From NCBI GenBank assembly GCA_009928855.1, contig SABV01000001.1, positions 1 to 49,403 on the forward strand: DNA of 49,403 bases, written 5' to 3'. Below the pieces are notes generated by a model. It searched no databases and was not told the origin of the DNA. It was given only the letters and a program-made list of their open reading frames with translations. The translations under genes were made by a program, and so were the position numbers. The DNA comes from Erysipelotrichia bacterium (GTDB taxonomy: Bacteria; Muiribacteriota; Ozemobacteria; Ozemobacterales; Ozemobacteraceae). Below are positions 25,018 through 34,857 of the stretch, in pieces; position 1 is the first letter of the stretch, and the number at the start of each line of letters is the position of its first letter.

Positions 25018-26874
25018 ATGGATGAAGTCCCTATTGCAACAACAAACCCTGTAAACCTGATTATCAGGAAACAGGAAGAAGCGCCCAAATTATCAAGAAA
25101 AGACAGCATTAAAGAAAGCCTGAAAAACTTTTTTATCATGCTGCCGTTTGCGTTGGTGGTAATTGCCCAGTTCTTTTTTCTTGGTAACAGTTTTGGGGAA
25201 TTCTCGACCTTTCCGGTTACCAGCTTTACGACATACATTTTCATTGGTTCGATTTTGTTGATGCTTTTGTTCTCGCAGATGCTGATGCGTTCTATCGTAT
25301 ATTCAACGTTAGCTGGAGCGGCTCTGGTAGCCGGCGTTCTTTACGCATGGTTCGGAGATTTTTACACTCCGCTGGCTGAAAACTTTCGCGGCATCAGCGA
25401 CATTCTCAAGGCTGCCTGGACCCGCAAGGATGTTCCCTTTAACCTGCTGGTAACCGGCGCAATGACTGCTCTGATAGTTGGCGTCAGCTTTGCCCAGTTT
25501 TTTGCGTCATTGCTTGTTAAATCATTTTTTGAACTGCTTTTTGGCAAAGAATGGGGCGATGGGCGCCTGGTGGCTTTTGCGGGCACAATTGCCCTGCTTG
25601 CCGGTATCCAGATCGGTTTTTATTCGTATACTTCTGTTTCTTCCCAGACAAAAGAAAAACTTCTATGGGAAAGAGCTGCCAAATACAGTCCTGTTGAAAA
25701 ATTTATTACACGCACCCCAGGAAGCACAATCATAGGCAAAGACCGGATATGGGTCTCACTTGAGAACAAAAATGTGGTTATAGATGCCAAAACAGGCAAG
25801 GAAAGGGCAAAAGCCAGTTTTCAGCCTGCGAGCGTGCATAAAGGTTTTTTGCATTGTGAAACCCCTGTTTTTGCAAGTTCAGACAGGTTGTATGCTTTTG
25901 ATCCTGACATGAATACCAACCTCTGGAAAACACCCTACCCTGCAAGTTTCCCTGGGCTGGAACTCGACGATGATAAACTCGAACTTTTCAACAAGATTCC
26001 TCTGACCACCAGGTTCATAGATTCAGGAAAAAAACTTCTGGTTTTCTATGATTACGGATACGTTGGCGCCTACAAAGTCAGCGATGGCTCAATGCTTTGG
26101 CTAAAGCAGGTCGATCTGCAGATCCGCGCCAACAGAGTATTTCCTGATCTTTATCTTGAAAACGGTCACTTTCTGGAAATCGCCGACCGCCTTATTTTCG
26201 GCTGTCATAATGGTCTTGTTCGCTGCCTGAAAGCCGAAAATGGCGAACAGCTGTGGCAATATCAACACGGAACCCCCAAAATTGGTGGAAAATCACAAAA
26301 AGGCTTCTTATCATCACTCGAAACAAGGGTGGTAGTATCATTTAAATCAGGAGAGCTCATTACTCTGGCATCAGAAGATGGCCGCAAAGTTTATCAGGCG
26401 GTCAACCCCCTGTTCTCGCCAGCGGCTCCCCCTGCCTGCCAGGGCCTTAAAGCAAGCTTTTTAACAGAAGAAGGCATTTTTTATCAGATAGAACTCGACG
26501 GGGGAGCCCTGGTCTACAAAACCAATACCCTGCCCCATCGCCTGGATCTTGTTCCTGTAATACAAAGCCTAAGCGATGGGATAGTCGCACATCGTGACGA
26601 AGTGCTTCAAGTAGACACTCAGGCCCAAACGGTAAACAAGGTTTTTAAAAACAAAAACCGAGTATTTGTGACCAAACCCGTTATTGTCGATAAAATCATG
26701 TATATAGGCACCCAGGATGGCTGGATACACTGCCTGCACATTGGCAGCAAACACGAAAAATGGCGAGTCCACGTAAACGGGGAGCTCGAAGAAGATTCAC
26801 TCACCCTGATGGAAGAAAGCCTGCTGGTAAAAACCAGATCAGGCTCTCTATACTGCTTCAACCGTAGTTATTAG
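25018..26874 (+). CDS. Polytopic membrane anchor fused to a PQQ-like beta-propeller repeat domain, 618 aa
   Basis: RBS CAGGAGGA before ATG 25018. About 5 N-terminal TM helices. There are repeated W-containing blades (NLWKTPYP, MLWLKQVD, EQLWQYQHG, HEKWRVHVNG). Confidence 0.75.
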   Translation: MDEVPIATTNPVNLIIRKQEEAPKLSRKDSIKESLKNFFIMLPFALVVIAQFFFLGNSFGEFSTFPVTSFTTYIFIGSILLMLLFSQMLMRSIVYSTLAGAALVAGVLYAWFGDFYTPLAENFRGISDILKAAWTRKDVPFNLLVTGAMTALIVGVSFAQFFASLLVKSFFELLFGKEWGDGRLVAFAGTIALLAGIQIGFYSYTSVSSQTKEKLLWERAAKYSPVEKFITRTPGSTIIGKDRIWVSLENKNVVIDAKTGKERAKASFQPASVHKGFLHCETPVFASSDRLYAFDPDMNTNLWKTPYPASFPGLELDDDKLELFNKIPLTTRFIDSGKKLLVFYDYGYVGAYKVSDGSMLWLKQVDLQIRANRVFPDLYLENGHFLEIADRLIFGCHNGLVRCLKAENGEQLWQYQHGTPKIGGKSQKGFLSSLETRVVVSFKSGELITLASEDGRKVYQAVNPLFSPAAPPACQGLKASFLTEEGIFYQIELDGGALVYKTNTLPHRLDLVPVIQSLSDGIVAHRDEVLQVDTQAQTVNKVFKNKNRVFVTKPVIVDKIMYIGTQDGWIHCLHIGSKHEKWRVHVNGELEEDSLTLMEESLLVKTRSGSLYCFNRSY

Positions 26875-27809
26875 CCGTTTTTCTTAGCGTTTTTCTCGAT
26901 CTGACGCTCGCAGTAGACGATACGTTCTTCTGCGAGTTTTTTCATTGTCGAATCAGGTGACAGTTCGAGAAACTTGCGATAGTTAACGACGGCATCTTCA
27001 AAATGCCCCGAAAAACCATAGACAGAAGCCAGATTATAATACGGGTCAGAGAAATCCGGCTCAAACAGAATAGCTTTTTTGTAGTATTCGATAGCTTCCT
27101 TGTTTTTATCGAGCTGGTAAAAGGCAATGCCCAAATTATTGCAGATTTTACCTGACCTTGGCGAAATTTTAAGAGCATTTTGCCAGGATACAAGAGCATC
27201 TTCAATTCTACCAAGCTTGAACTGGCAGTTGCCTATATTATTGAGTATTTCTGCGTTTTGAGGAGCTTTTTTGTTGGCCACCTGGTTCTTTTCGAGAGCC
27301 TGGGTGTATTTTTTCTTTTCATAAAGCCGTATTGCTTCATTATACAGTTCTTCAGCGGTACCGGCTACTTCAACTATTGTTGCCGGTGGCTCCGAAGGCG
27401 CTGTGACTTTTTTAACAACGGGCTTTTCAACAGATTTCGCGGATGCTTTATCGGTTTTGGCCGGGCTTTTGGTTGAAGCCTGCTTTTTAGGATCGGTCAC
27501 AGCAGATGCAGCCGTCTTTTTATCATCTTTGGCGACGGCATCTTTCTTTTCGCCGGTTTTCTCAATCAAAGTCCGATATAACCAGCCTTCAGTACCGTCT
27601 GCAAATGAAACTTTCAACCAGTTCTTTTCTTCGAATAAAATTTTATAGGTATCGCCGCGCATCTTTTTGCTTACGATCGGAGAATTGAACTTGGCTTCTT
27701 TACGCAGATTCACATAGCTACCCCTGATAATGCCATCTTTGGCGTGCAGCGGTAAAATAATGAAAAGAGCGGCAAGCGCCACCCCACAAGTTTTTAATAT
27801 TCTGTTCAT
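26871..27809 (-). CDS. Secreted SH3b-domain plus TPR-repeat protein, 312 aa
   Basis: RBS GGAGG before ATG 27809. Signal peptide MNRILKTCGVALAALFIILPLHA. An SH3b-like segment ends in GWLYRTLI. The C-terminus has TPR repeats. Confidence 0.8.
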   Translation of the reverse strand: MNRILKTCGVALAALFIILPLHAKDGIIRGSYVNLRKEAKFNSPIVSKKMRGDTYKILFEEKNWLKVSFADGTEGWLYRTLIEKTGEKKDAVAKDDKKTAASAVTDPKKQASTKSPAKTDKASAKSVEKPVVKKVTAPSEPPATIVEVAGTAEELYNEAIRLYEKKKYTQALEKNQVANKKAPQNAEILNNIGNCQFKLGRIEDALVSWQNALKISPRSGKICNNLGIAFYQLDKNKEAIEYYKKAILFEPDFSDPYYNLASVYGFSGHFEDAVVNYRKFLELSPDSTMKKLAEERIVYCERQIEKNAKKNG

Positions 27810-27861
27810 CTTCGCCTCCAGTTTATATCGGAAACTACTATAACGAGGCTTGAGACGCCTG

Positions 27862-28638
27862 TCAATGGTCTCTGCACTCAACACACAGATTTATTCTGGC
27901 AGGCCCATCGATAACAACATGAAGCCTGTCGCCAGCGCTCACCGGGCCAACTCCTTCGGGAGTGCCTGTAAGAATGAGATCACCGGGTTCAAGCGTCATA
28001 CAGGCCGAAATATCTGCTACGAGTTCAGCAAACCCGAACACCATAGAACCAAAGCCGCTTTTTTGAACGACTTCACCATTTTTGCGAACTTCAATACTGC
28101 CATGTTTCCAATCATTCGAGAATGGCGCCACCAGACCGGCAAGAGGCAGAAAAGTATCAAACCCCTTCGCTCTCGTCCACTGCCCATCGCTCTTCTGCAG
28201 ATCCCGGGCCGTCATATCCAGGCATACCGTGACCCCGCCAATACAGCCCAGCGCATCTTCAATGGCGACATTACAAACTCTGCGACCGATAACGAGAACC
28301 AGTTCGCCCTCGTAATCGATGCGCCCGATACCGGAAGGCAAAATAACACTCTCACCGTTACCAATAATAGAACTGGGAGGTTTAAAAAACCAGAGCGGTC
28401 TTGCAGGAACTTCATTACCCAGTTCAGCAGCATGTTTTCGGTAATTGCGCCCGACGCAGAGAATTTTACTTCCGGAAAAGGCGGGCAAGGCTTCTGCTGG
28501 CTGCAGCCATTCTGAAGCATCGCTTTTTTCAGTCACGCGGTCAAGCAGACCCACATCGAAGCGCTGATATCCGCTGGCAATCCAGGTTTTATTCGTTGCC
28601 AAAAAATATTTCCAACCTTCTTTGCTACGGTAAAACAT
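27862..28638 (-). CDS. Fumarylacetoacetate hydrolase (FAH) family protein, 258 aa
   Basis: Motifs GRNYRKHAAE, IDYEGELVLVIG and LEPGDLILTGTPEGVG. RBS AGGAG. Confidence 0.9.
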   Translation of the reverse strand: MFYRSKEGWKYFLATNKTWIASGYQRFDVGLLDRVTEKSDASEWLQPAEALPAFSGSKILCVGRNYRKHAAELGNEVPARPLWFFKPPSSIIGNGESVILPSGIGRIDYEGELVLVIGRRVCNVAIEDALGCIGGVTVCLDMTARDLQKSDGQWTRAKGFDTFLPLAGLVAPFSNDWKHGSIEVRKNGEVVQKSGFGSMVFGFAELVADISACMTLEPGDLILTGTPEGVGPVSAGDRLHVVIDGPARINLCVECRDH

Positions 28639-28654
28639 TATTTTCTCCTGATTT

Positions 28655-28700
28655 TTTACAAAAAAGAAGCAGTCATCTAATGATAACTGCTTCTTTTGAG
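28655..28700 (-). terminator. Rho-independent terminator after the aconitase-family gene
   Basis: Perfect 9-bp stem AGAAGCAGT/ACTGCTTCT (28665-28673 / 28686-28694) with a 12-nt loop. On the minus strand it is followed by UUUUUUGUAAAAAA. Confidence 0.75.
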
Positions 28701-28741
28701 TTCTAAATACTTACGTATTGGTGGTTATAGCAGAAGCAAAT

Positions 28742-30658
28742 TCACGATACGGACTGTTTTTTGGCAAAAGAGAGTCTTCCGCCGGCTTTGAGAATTACCA
28801 TGTCTTCTTCACCAAGCGTATGAACGACCGGCATCTTCAGACCTCTGGTAACGTTTTCAAGAAGCAGTTCGCCACTAAGATCTTTAACATCGATCTTAAG
28901 CTCATCGCCCACTTCAATTTTGTCATAATCAGCCGGATTTTTAAAAGTTACCGGCAAAATACCAAAGTTCACCAGGTTTGCCAGATGAATTCGCGCAAAA
29001 CTTTTGCAGACAACAGCTTCGATACCGAGGTACATCGGGCACAGGGCCGCATGTTCGCGAGAACTACCTTGCCCATAGTTTTCACCGCCGATGATCACGC
29101 CATGTTTCATACTTACAGCGCGTTTGTAGAATTCTTTGTCGACGCCTTCAAATACATGCTTGGCATATTCAGGAACATTGGAGCGCAGTGGTAGATACTG
29201 TCCCGCAGGCATAATATGGTCTGTGGTAATATTGTCACCCACTTTAATAACCGCTTTTGCCGTTACTTCTTTGGCCATCTCAGCCTTTACAGGCAAAGCA
29301 GCAATATTAGGACCCCTTACAATTGTAACATCGCTGCCGTCTGCAGGCGGAAAAATAAACATCGTGTCATCGATAGTAAATTTTTCAGGCATCTTGACTT
29401 CAGGAAAAGCGGCATATTTGCGCGGATCAGTAAATTTACCTTCAATAGCAGCAATAGCAGCAACTTCAGGGCTGACCAGGTAGACCTGCGCTGAATCAGT
29501 GCCAGAACGTTTTTCAAAGTTTCTATTTGATGTTCTCAGAGCAACGGCATCAGATTTAGGGGCAAAACCCATACCAATGCACGGGCCACAGGCACTCTCA
29601 AGAATTCTGGCACCGGCAGCGACAAGGTCTGCCATGGTTCCCTCATCGGCAAGCATTCTCAAAACCTGACGAGAACCTGGTGCAATGCCTAACGACAGTC
29701 TCTGATTGACTGTTTTGCCCTTCAAAATACGAGCGGCTTTTGTAAGGTCGGTATAGCTTGAGTTTGTGCAGCTACCAATCATAACCTGATCAACCTTGAG
29801 ATGTTCGAGTTCAGAAATTGGTTTTACGATATCGGGCATATGAGGACAAGCAGCCAGCGGCTCAATCTTGCTGAGGTCAAGGTCAATAACGCGGCTGTAT
29901 TCGGCACCAGCATCAGCCAGTAATTCTATCCAGTCGGCTTCTCGGCCTTGAGCCTTGAGAAATTTTCTGGTTTCGCCATCGCTCGGAAAGACAGAAGTAG
30001 TGGCACCAAGCTCTGCACCCATATTCGTTATAGTAGCACGTTCGGGCACTGTGAGAGTATCTACGCCCGGGCCAGAATACTCGTAAACGCAGCCCACACC
30101 ACCCTTAACAGTTTCGCGGCGCAGGATTTCGAGAATGACGTCTTTTGCAGAAACCCATGGCTGGAGTTTACCAGTGAGATTCACTTTTACGACCATCGGC
30201 ATTTTCAGACTGAAAGGTTGCCCGGCCATAGCCATGGCAACATCGAGACCGCCTGCTCCTATCGCCAGCATACCAATGCCGCCGCAAGTCGGGGTATGGC
30301 TGTCAGAACCAATCAAAGTCTTGCCCGGTCGGCCAAACCTTTCAAGGTGAACCTGATGGCAAATACCATTGCCAGGGCGGGAAAAAACAATGCCAAATTT
30401 TGCGGCAATAGTCTGAAGGAAAACATGATCATCGGGATTTTTATAATCCATCTGAGCAGTATTGTGGTCGACATAACTCACCGAAAGCTCGGTTCTGACT
30501 TTTGGCACACCAAGTGCTTCAAACTGCAGGTAAGCCATGGTGCCGGTAGCGTCCTGAGTAAGGGTTTGATCCATTTTCAGGTTTATCGGGCTTTTGGCAA
30601 CCATTTCACCACTGACAAGATGTTGTTTAATGATTTTCTGCGTAATATTGAGAGACAT
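28742..30658 (-). CDS. Aconitase-family hydratase (short, ~640-aa putative aconitate hydratase type), 638 aa
   Basis: Motifs GSDSHT, GSCTNSSY and ACGPCIGMG (Fe-S cluster ligands), plus a swivel domain at the C-terminus. RBS AAGGAGAAG. Confidence 0.9.
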   Translation of the reverse strand: MSLNITQKIIKQHLVSGEMVAKSPINLKMDQTLTQDATGTMAYLQFEALGVPKVRTELSVSYVDHNTAQMDYKNPDDHVFLQTIAAKFGIVFSRPGNGICHQVHLERFGRPGKTLIGSDSHTPTCGGIGMLAIGAGGLDVAMAMAGQPFSLKMPMVVKVNLTGKLQPWVSAKDVILEILRRETVKGGVGCVYEYSGPGVDTLTVPERATITNMGAELGATTSVFPSDGETRKFLKAQGREADWIELLADAGAEYSRVIDLDLSKIEPLAACPHMPDIVKPISELEHLKVDQVMIGSCTNSSYTDLTKAARILKGKTVNQRLSLGIAPGSRQVLRMLADEGTMADLVAAGARILESACGPCIGMGFAPKSDAVALRTSNRNFEKRSGTDSAQVYLVSPEVAAIAAIEGKFTDPRKYAAFPEVKMPEKFTIDDTMFIFPPADGSDVTIVRGPNIAALPVKAEMAKEVTAKAVIKVGDNITTDHIMPAGQYLPLRSNVPEYAKHVFEGVDKEFYKRAVSMKHGVIIGGENYGQGSSREHAALCPMYLGIEAVVCKSFARIHLANLVNFGILPVTFKNPADYDKIEVGDELKIDVKDLSGELLLENVTRGLKMPVVHTLGEEDMVILKAGGRLSFAKKQSVS

Positions 30659-30695
30659 TCACTTCTCCTTGAATTTACCTGTATATAAATTTAAC

Positions 30696-30718
30696 AAAAA
30701 CCGTCCACAGCGGTTTTT
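30696..30718 (-). terminator. Weak candidate terminator
   Basis: AAAACCG-(7 nt)-CGGTTTT followed by U-rich sequence on the minus strand, about 40 nt after the stop at 30760. Confidence 0.4.
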
Positions 30719-30759
30719 AGAAACACTTAAAAAGGTACACAGAATCAACCAAAACCAAA

Positions 30760-31233
30760 TTATTTGAGTTTGGGGGTTGCTGTTGCCGTCTGAATGACCG
30801 CATCTTTTTTAAACTTCAGGTTTTTTAACGGAATATCTACGACAATGTCTTCATTGCCATCAAGTTCGCCAGGCTCAAGCGGATCGCGCCCACGCGCAAG
30901 AATTTTTATAAGTTCAACAGTGCTGTGGTCAGGACAAGTCCCTGGTTCATCCTGCTCGTATCCACATTCGGGACAGCGAAAAATATCGGGCAGGTAATCA
31001 ACTGTTTTTTGAGAGTCAGCGAGAAACATTGATTCTTTTTCGTCAGTAACGGCGGCTTTTTCAGAGGCTTTCTTTTTGGATGTCTTTTTTTTAGACACTT
31101 TTTTGACGGTCTCAGCGGCAAAAACCTTTTTAACAGGGTCCAGACAGGAAAAAGAATCTAAAGAAGAAAACCCTGCGCCCACAAGGGCGAGCAGGGCTAC
31201 AAAGCGTAATTTTTTATTCGTTTCTGAGAACAA
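30760..31233 (-). CDS. Secreted Lys-rich protein with CxxC...CxxH zinc-ribbon-like motif, 157 aa
   Basis: AGGTGG lies 5 nt before TTG 31233. Signal-like N-terminus LRFVALLALVGAGFS. Lys-rich stretch KKVSKKKTSKKKASEK. Motif CPECGYEQDEPGTCPDH. Confidence 0.65.
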   Translation of the reverse strand: MFSETNKKLRFVALLALVGAGFSSLDSFSCLDPVKKVFAAETVKKVSKKKTSKKKASEKAAVTDEKESMFLADSQKTVDYLPDIFRCPECGYEQDEPGTCPDHSTVELIKILARGRDPLEPGELDGNEDIVVDIPLKNLKFKKDAVIQTATATPKLK

Positions 31234-31251
31234 GTTGCCACCTGTTTCTTT

Positions 31252-31704
31252 TCAGTCGTTTTCGCGGATTATCTGCATAACCGCAGCGGCATCAGGTGCT
31301 TCGAGCAAAGAACTTTTGAAATCTTCGCCTCTCAACAGGCGTGAAATTTTAGCAAGCAATTTCAGGTATGGACCACCCGAAGAAATTGGAGCCAGCAGCA
31401 TAAAGACTATATGGACAGGACTCCCGTCGATAGCCTTAAAATCAATTCCTGATTCAGAACGGAAAAAAGCCACAGTTAAATCTTTAATAGCGCTGGATCT
31501 GGCATGAGGCATTGCAATACCACCGCCAACGCCTGTTGTCCCGAGCTTTTCACGTTCAAACAGTGCATCTTTCAGAGCTTCTGGCTCTTTGATAGCGCCA
31601 GTTTTCTGTAAGGATGCGATAAATTTTTCGATAGCCTGATCCTTGTTTTCTGCTTCAAAATTCAAGAAAATGAAATTTTCCTTGAGCACATCAACCAATT
31701 GCAT
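31252..31704 (-). CDS. ptsN: PTS EIIA(Ntr)-type regulatory protein, 150 aa
   Basis: Phospho-His motif GGGIAMPHARS and the EIIA(Fru/Ntr) fold pattern. RBS GGAGGG before ATG 31704. Confidence 0.85.
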   Translation of the reverse strand: MQLVDVLKENFIFLNFEAENKDQAIEKFIASLQKTGAIKEPEALKDALFEREKLGTTGVGGGIAMPHARSSAIKDLTVAFFRSESGIDFKAIDGSPVHIVFMLLAPISSGGPYLKLLAKISRLLRGEDFKSSLLEAPDAAAVMQIIREND

Positions 31705-31796
31705 GACATTGCCCTCCGATGGGTGAAGGTTTATATAGCTAAGATTATACAACAGGAATTACTGAATGCAATCTTTTTTGCTTAGAGAAAAAATAT

Positions 31797-33155
31797 TTAT
31801 TCGAGCGTGACCAGCAAAAGGTTGACCGTTTGCCCTCTGACTACTCTCAACACAGCCTTTCCTTCGGCCCTGAGCATTGCCATTGCAGCGTCAAAATCCT
31901 TTTCATCACTGATTACAGAACGGTTAATCTGCTGAATGACATCTCCTGTTTGAAGACCGGCACGATCAGCGGCAGAGCCCTGAGCAATGGAGGTTATCAC
32001 ACACCCCTGATCGACAAAAAGATAGTATTTGCGCAGCAACTCACCATTTATACGGCGAACAACTACCCCGAGCAGATTCTTGCTGGCCGGGCTTTCATTA
32101 AACTCAACATCAAGGACGGTTTCTTTGCCTTTACGAAAGATTTTTATGCGCACCTTTTCACCGACGCGATGTTCATCTATGCCGCCCTGAAAATCGCCGG
32201 CATTTTTTATTTCTTTGCCGTCAATTTCGAGAATAACATCGCCAGGAGCCATTTTAACCTTATCTGCAGAAGAATCCTTAACAACATCTGTTATCAGAAC
32301 ACCCTTCTCAGGGATTTCAAAATATTTTGCCAGATCAGGAGTAATCTGCTGCACCGTAACGCCAAGAAAAGCTTTTTTAACACGACCATAGGCCATAAGA
32401 TCGCCGACAATGCGCTTGGCAAGATTCACCGGGATAGCAAAACCAATGCCCTGGCCGTAGGGTATAATAGCTGTATTGATGCCAATAAGCTCTCCGCGTG
32501 AATTCAAAAGCGCCCCACCCGAGTTGCCGGGGTTAATCGAAGCATCTGTTTGAATAAGATCTTTGTAGCTTCGCTCTCTGTCAACCGAAAGATCGCGATT
32601 AATAGCCGAAACAACGCCGGAAGTAACGGTGATTCCGAGTCCAAAAGGATTACCGATGGCAACAACCCACTCGCCAACCCTCAACTTAGAAGAATCACCA
32701 ATTGGCACACTGGGCAATACCGTGTCAGAGTCGATCTTAAGCACTGCCAGGTCTGTCCGGGTATCTTTGCCTATCACTGAGGCCTTGAAGCTCTTGCCAT
32801 TGTTCAATTTTACAAGAATCTCGTCAGCAGCCGAGATCACGTGCTCATTGGTCAACAAATGACCTTCCGGGCTGATAAGAACTCCAGAGCCGCTCCCTTT
32901 TTGCGGAATGACATTATTATGACCCATAAAATCATCGTCAAACAAATGCCCAAAAAATCTATCGATAAAGGGGTCTCCTGAACCGCTTCGACTGCGGGCT
33001 CTGACATAATGAACAGACTCAATCGCGACCACAGCGGGGCTTGTTCGCTCAGCAATATCAGCAATAAGAGAGCTTCCAAAAAGCTCAGCCGGAGATGCGC
33101 CGGCAAACCTGGCGCAAAACAGCATAAATATAAACACGATCTTAACTCTGGTCAT
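31797..33155 (-). CDS. htrA: HtrA/DegP-family periplasmic serine protease with two PDZ domains, 452 aa
   Basis: Catalytic triad motifs TNEHVI, DLAVLKI and GNSGGALL, with two PDZ-like regions. ATGA overlap with the anti-sigma gene. Confidence 0.95.
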   Translation of the reverse strand: MTRVKIVFIFMLFCARFAGASPAELFGSSLIADIAERTSPAVVAIESVHYVRARSRSGSGDPFIDRFFGHLFDDDFMGHNNVIPQKGSGSGVLISPEGHLLTNEHVISAADEILVKLNNGKSFKASVIGKDTRTDLAVLKIDSDTVLPSVPIGDSSKLRVGEWVVAIGNPFGLGITVTSGVVSAINRDLSVDRERSYKDLIQTDASINPGNSGGALLNSRGELIGINTAIIPYGQGIGFAIPVNLAKRIVGDLMAYGRVKKAFLGVTVQQITPDLAKYFEIPEKGVLITDVVKDSSADKVKMAPGDVILEIDGKEIKNAGDFQGGIDEHRVGEKVRIKIFRKGKETVLDVEFNESPASKNLLGVVVRRINGELLRKYYLFVDQGCVITSIAQGSAADRAGLQTGDVIQQINRSVISDEKDFDAAMAMLRAEGKAVLRVVRGQTVNLLLVTLE

Positions 33156-33748
33156 GGCTGCCTCCAGAAATTGTTATCATTAACCAGCTGCACTTCAGGA
33201 GAGAAGTCTGCACCTTGAGAAGGTTTATCGGGGTGAATACGGCGAAATTCTTTAAGTCGATCCAAAAATTCTTTGACTTCCTCACTCGAAACATGTTCAA
33301 GCGATTCTTTATCAAGTTCTGGGGCTTTTGCAATAACCCCTGTTGCTGTCTTTGTGGCCACCCTAAAAGGCTTCGCTTTTGTCACATCAGTTATATGATC
33401 TTTCTCAAGCTGTATCAAAACGACAAACATGAGCAGACATGCCACTGAAACAGCAATTTCGAGAGACGGCAGAAACTGCTCAAAAATTCTGCCGAAAAAC
33501 CCTGGCTCACTGCCATCATGGCGATGGTTTTTGCTGGCATTAACAGCAGCCACAATGCTTTCATGTAGAATATCCGGGTATTCTGGTTCAGGCTGCCCGG
33601 CAAGCAGCTCAAGCATTTCGGCTCGCACATTCATAGCTGTAGCACAGTCAGGACATTTGCCGGCATGTATCAGCACATCCTGCCACTCAGAGGAATCGTC
33701 AGCAGCATTTTTATCAAGAGCATCCAGATAACGAGTGCACTTTTCCAT
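33152..33748 (-). CDS. Anti-sigma factor (zf-HC2, single TM), 198 aa
   Basis: HAGKCPDCATAM (H-x3-C-x2-C motif). TM LEIAVSVACLLMFVVLI. 1-nt overlap with the sigma gene. Confidence 0.85.
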   Translation of the reverse strand: MEKCTRYLDALDKNAADDSSEWQDVLIHAGKCPDCATAMNVRAEMLELLAGQPEPEYPDILHESIVAAVNASKNHRHDGSEPGFFGRIFEQFLPSLEIAVSVACLLMFVVLIQLEKDHITDVTKAKPFRVATKTATGVIAKAPELDKESLEHVSSEEVKEFLDRLKEFRRIHPDKPSQGADFSPEVQLVNDNNFWRQP

Positions 33749-34368
33749 CAGATTCTCCCGTAAACATAAGCCTGAAGAGATTCCTGCAAAAGACGGCGCC
33801 CCCTGTTGATTCTCGATTTCACCGTTCCGATTGGCACTTCGAGAATTTCACTGATTTTGTCAAGAGGCAAGCCTTCCATGTCTTTGAGAATTACAGGCAT
33901 TCTATAAACCTCTGGAAGAGATGAAACTTTTTCAGCGACTATTTTCTGGTTCATAAGGCGAAGCTCGCGCTCTAGAACTTCTTCTTCGGGGGTTTCGTGA
34001 GTAACATCAGACCACCATCGCATCATGTTCTGCAGCAATCCATCTTTTTCACGTTTCTTTTTTTCAGCCAGAGTAATGCAGGTGTTTGAAGCAATACGAT
34101 AAATCCAGGTTTTAAAAGAAGATCTGCCCTCAAACTTGTCTATATATTTGTACACTTTAAGAAAGACCTCCTGGGCCGCGTCTAAAGCATCATTCTCGTC
34201 AGAAAAGAAGCGATAGCAGATGCGATAAACGCTTTTTTCATAACGAGAAACAAATTTTGCAAAGGCCTTTTGACTGCCCCGTCGAATTTCTTCAAGCAAA
34301 AGGCTGTCGCTGGCCTCTTCGTTAACTTTAGACAAAGGACTGTCAGAAAAAGTTCCGATATTTTTCAT
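33748..34368 (-). CDS. ECF (group IV) sigma-70 factor, 206 aa
   Basis: Region 2 (DAAQEVFLKVYKYIDKF...FKTWIYRIASN) and region 4 (LPLDKISEILEVPIGTVKSRINRGR). Confidence 0.9.
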   Translation of the reverse strand: MKNIGTFSDSPLSKVNEEASDSLLLEEIRRGSQKAFAKFVSRYEKSVYRICYRFFSDENDALDAAQEVFLKVYKYIDKFEGRSSFKTWIYRIASNTCITLAEKKKREKDGLLQNMMRWWSDVTHETPEEEVLERELRLMNQKIVAEKVSSLPEVYRMPVILKDMEGLPLDKISEILEVPIGTVKSRINRGRRLLQESLQAYVYGRI

Positions 34369-34371
34369 GAT

Positions 34372-34851
34372 TTACCAGAGAAAAAAAGAAATCTTTTTAA
34401 AAATTCTAGAGGTTTTTCCCGGATGAATACCTACCTGAAAAGTCTCACTGTGCCACTTTTGGCGGCCATGCAGAGAACCGTGGGCATATAATCTGGCTGT
34501 AATAAAATAATACCCGGCCGGCAATCTTATTTCTGGAAAAATAAAAATCCTGCGTTTTTTTTCGCTTACCACTTCTTGTGAATCTTTATCAAGAGATGCA
34601 AGACGTTTGTCGCCCAGCCACAACTCAACCCTCGTGGCGAGCTGCGAGGCCCGCTTAACATTTTTACCGGCAAATGTCTCAAGAGTTACTGCCAAGCCAC
34701 CTTCGCCGTGAACAGGTTCAGGAAGCGCCATCAACTGTACACCGGGAGTGGCGATCTGAGGCTCTGAAATTTGGGAACAGGCAGCTGAACCCCAAAATAC
34801 CAGGAGAATAATTATTCCCGATAAATATTTTTTTACAGGATTCATATCCAA
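34372..34851 (-). CDS. Lipoprotein of unknown function, 159 aa
   Basis: Signal peptide ending in a lipobox-like WGSAAC. Confidence 0.7.
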   Translation of the reverse strand: MDMNPVKKYLSGIIILLVFWGSAACSQISEPQIATPGVQLMALPEPVHGEGGLAVTLETFAGKNVKRASQLATRVELWLGDKRLASLDKDSQEVVSEKKRRIFIFPEIRLPAGYYFITARLYAHGSLHGRQKWHSETFQVGIHPGKTSRIFKKISFFLW

Positions 34852-34857
34852 AATGCT

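Noticed and set aside
26871-26874. 4-nt overlap of convergent stop codons (PQQ-propeller gene and SH3b-TPR gene) without any terminator
   Set aside because: This is a real feature of the sequence, but compact convergent ends are common. There is no evidence of special function.
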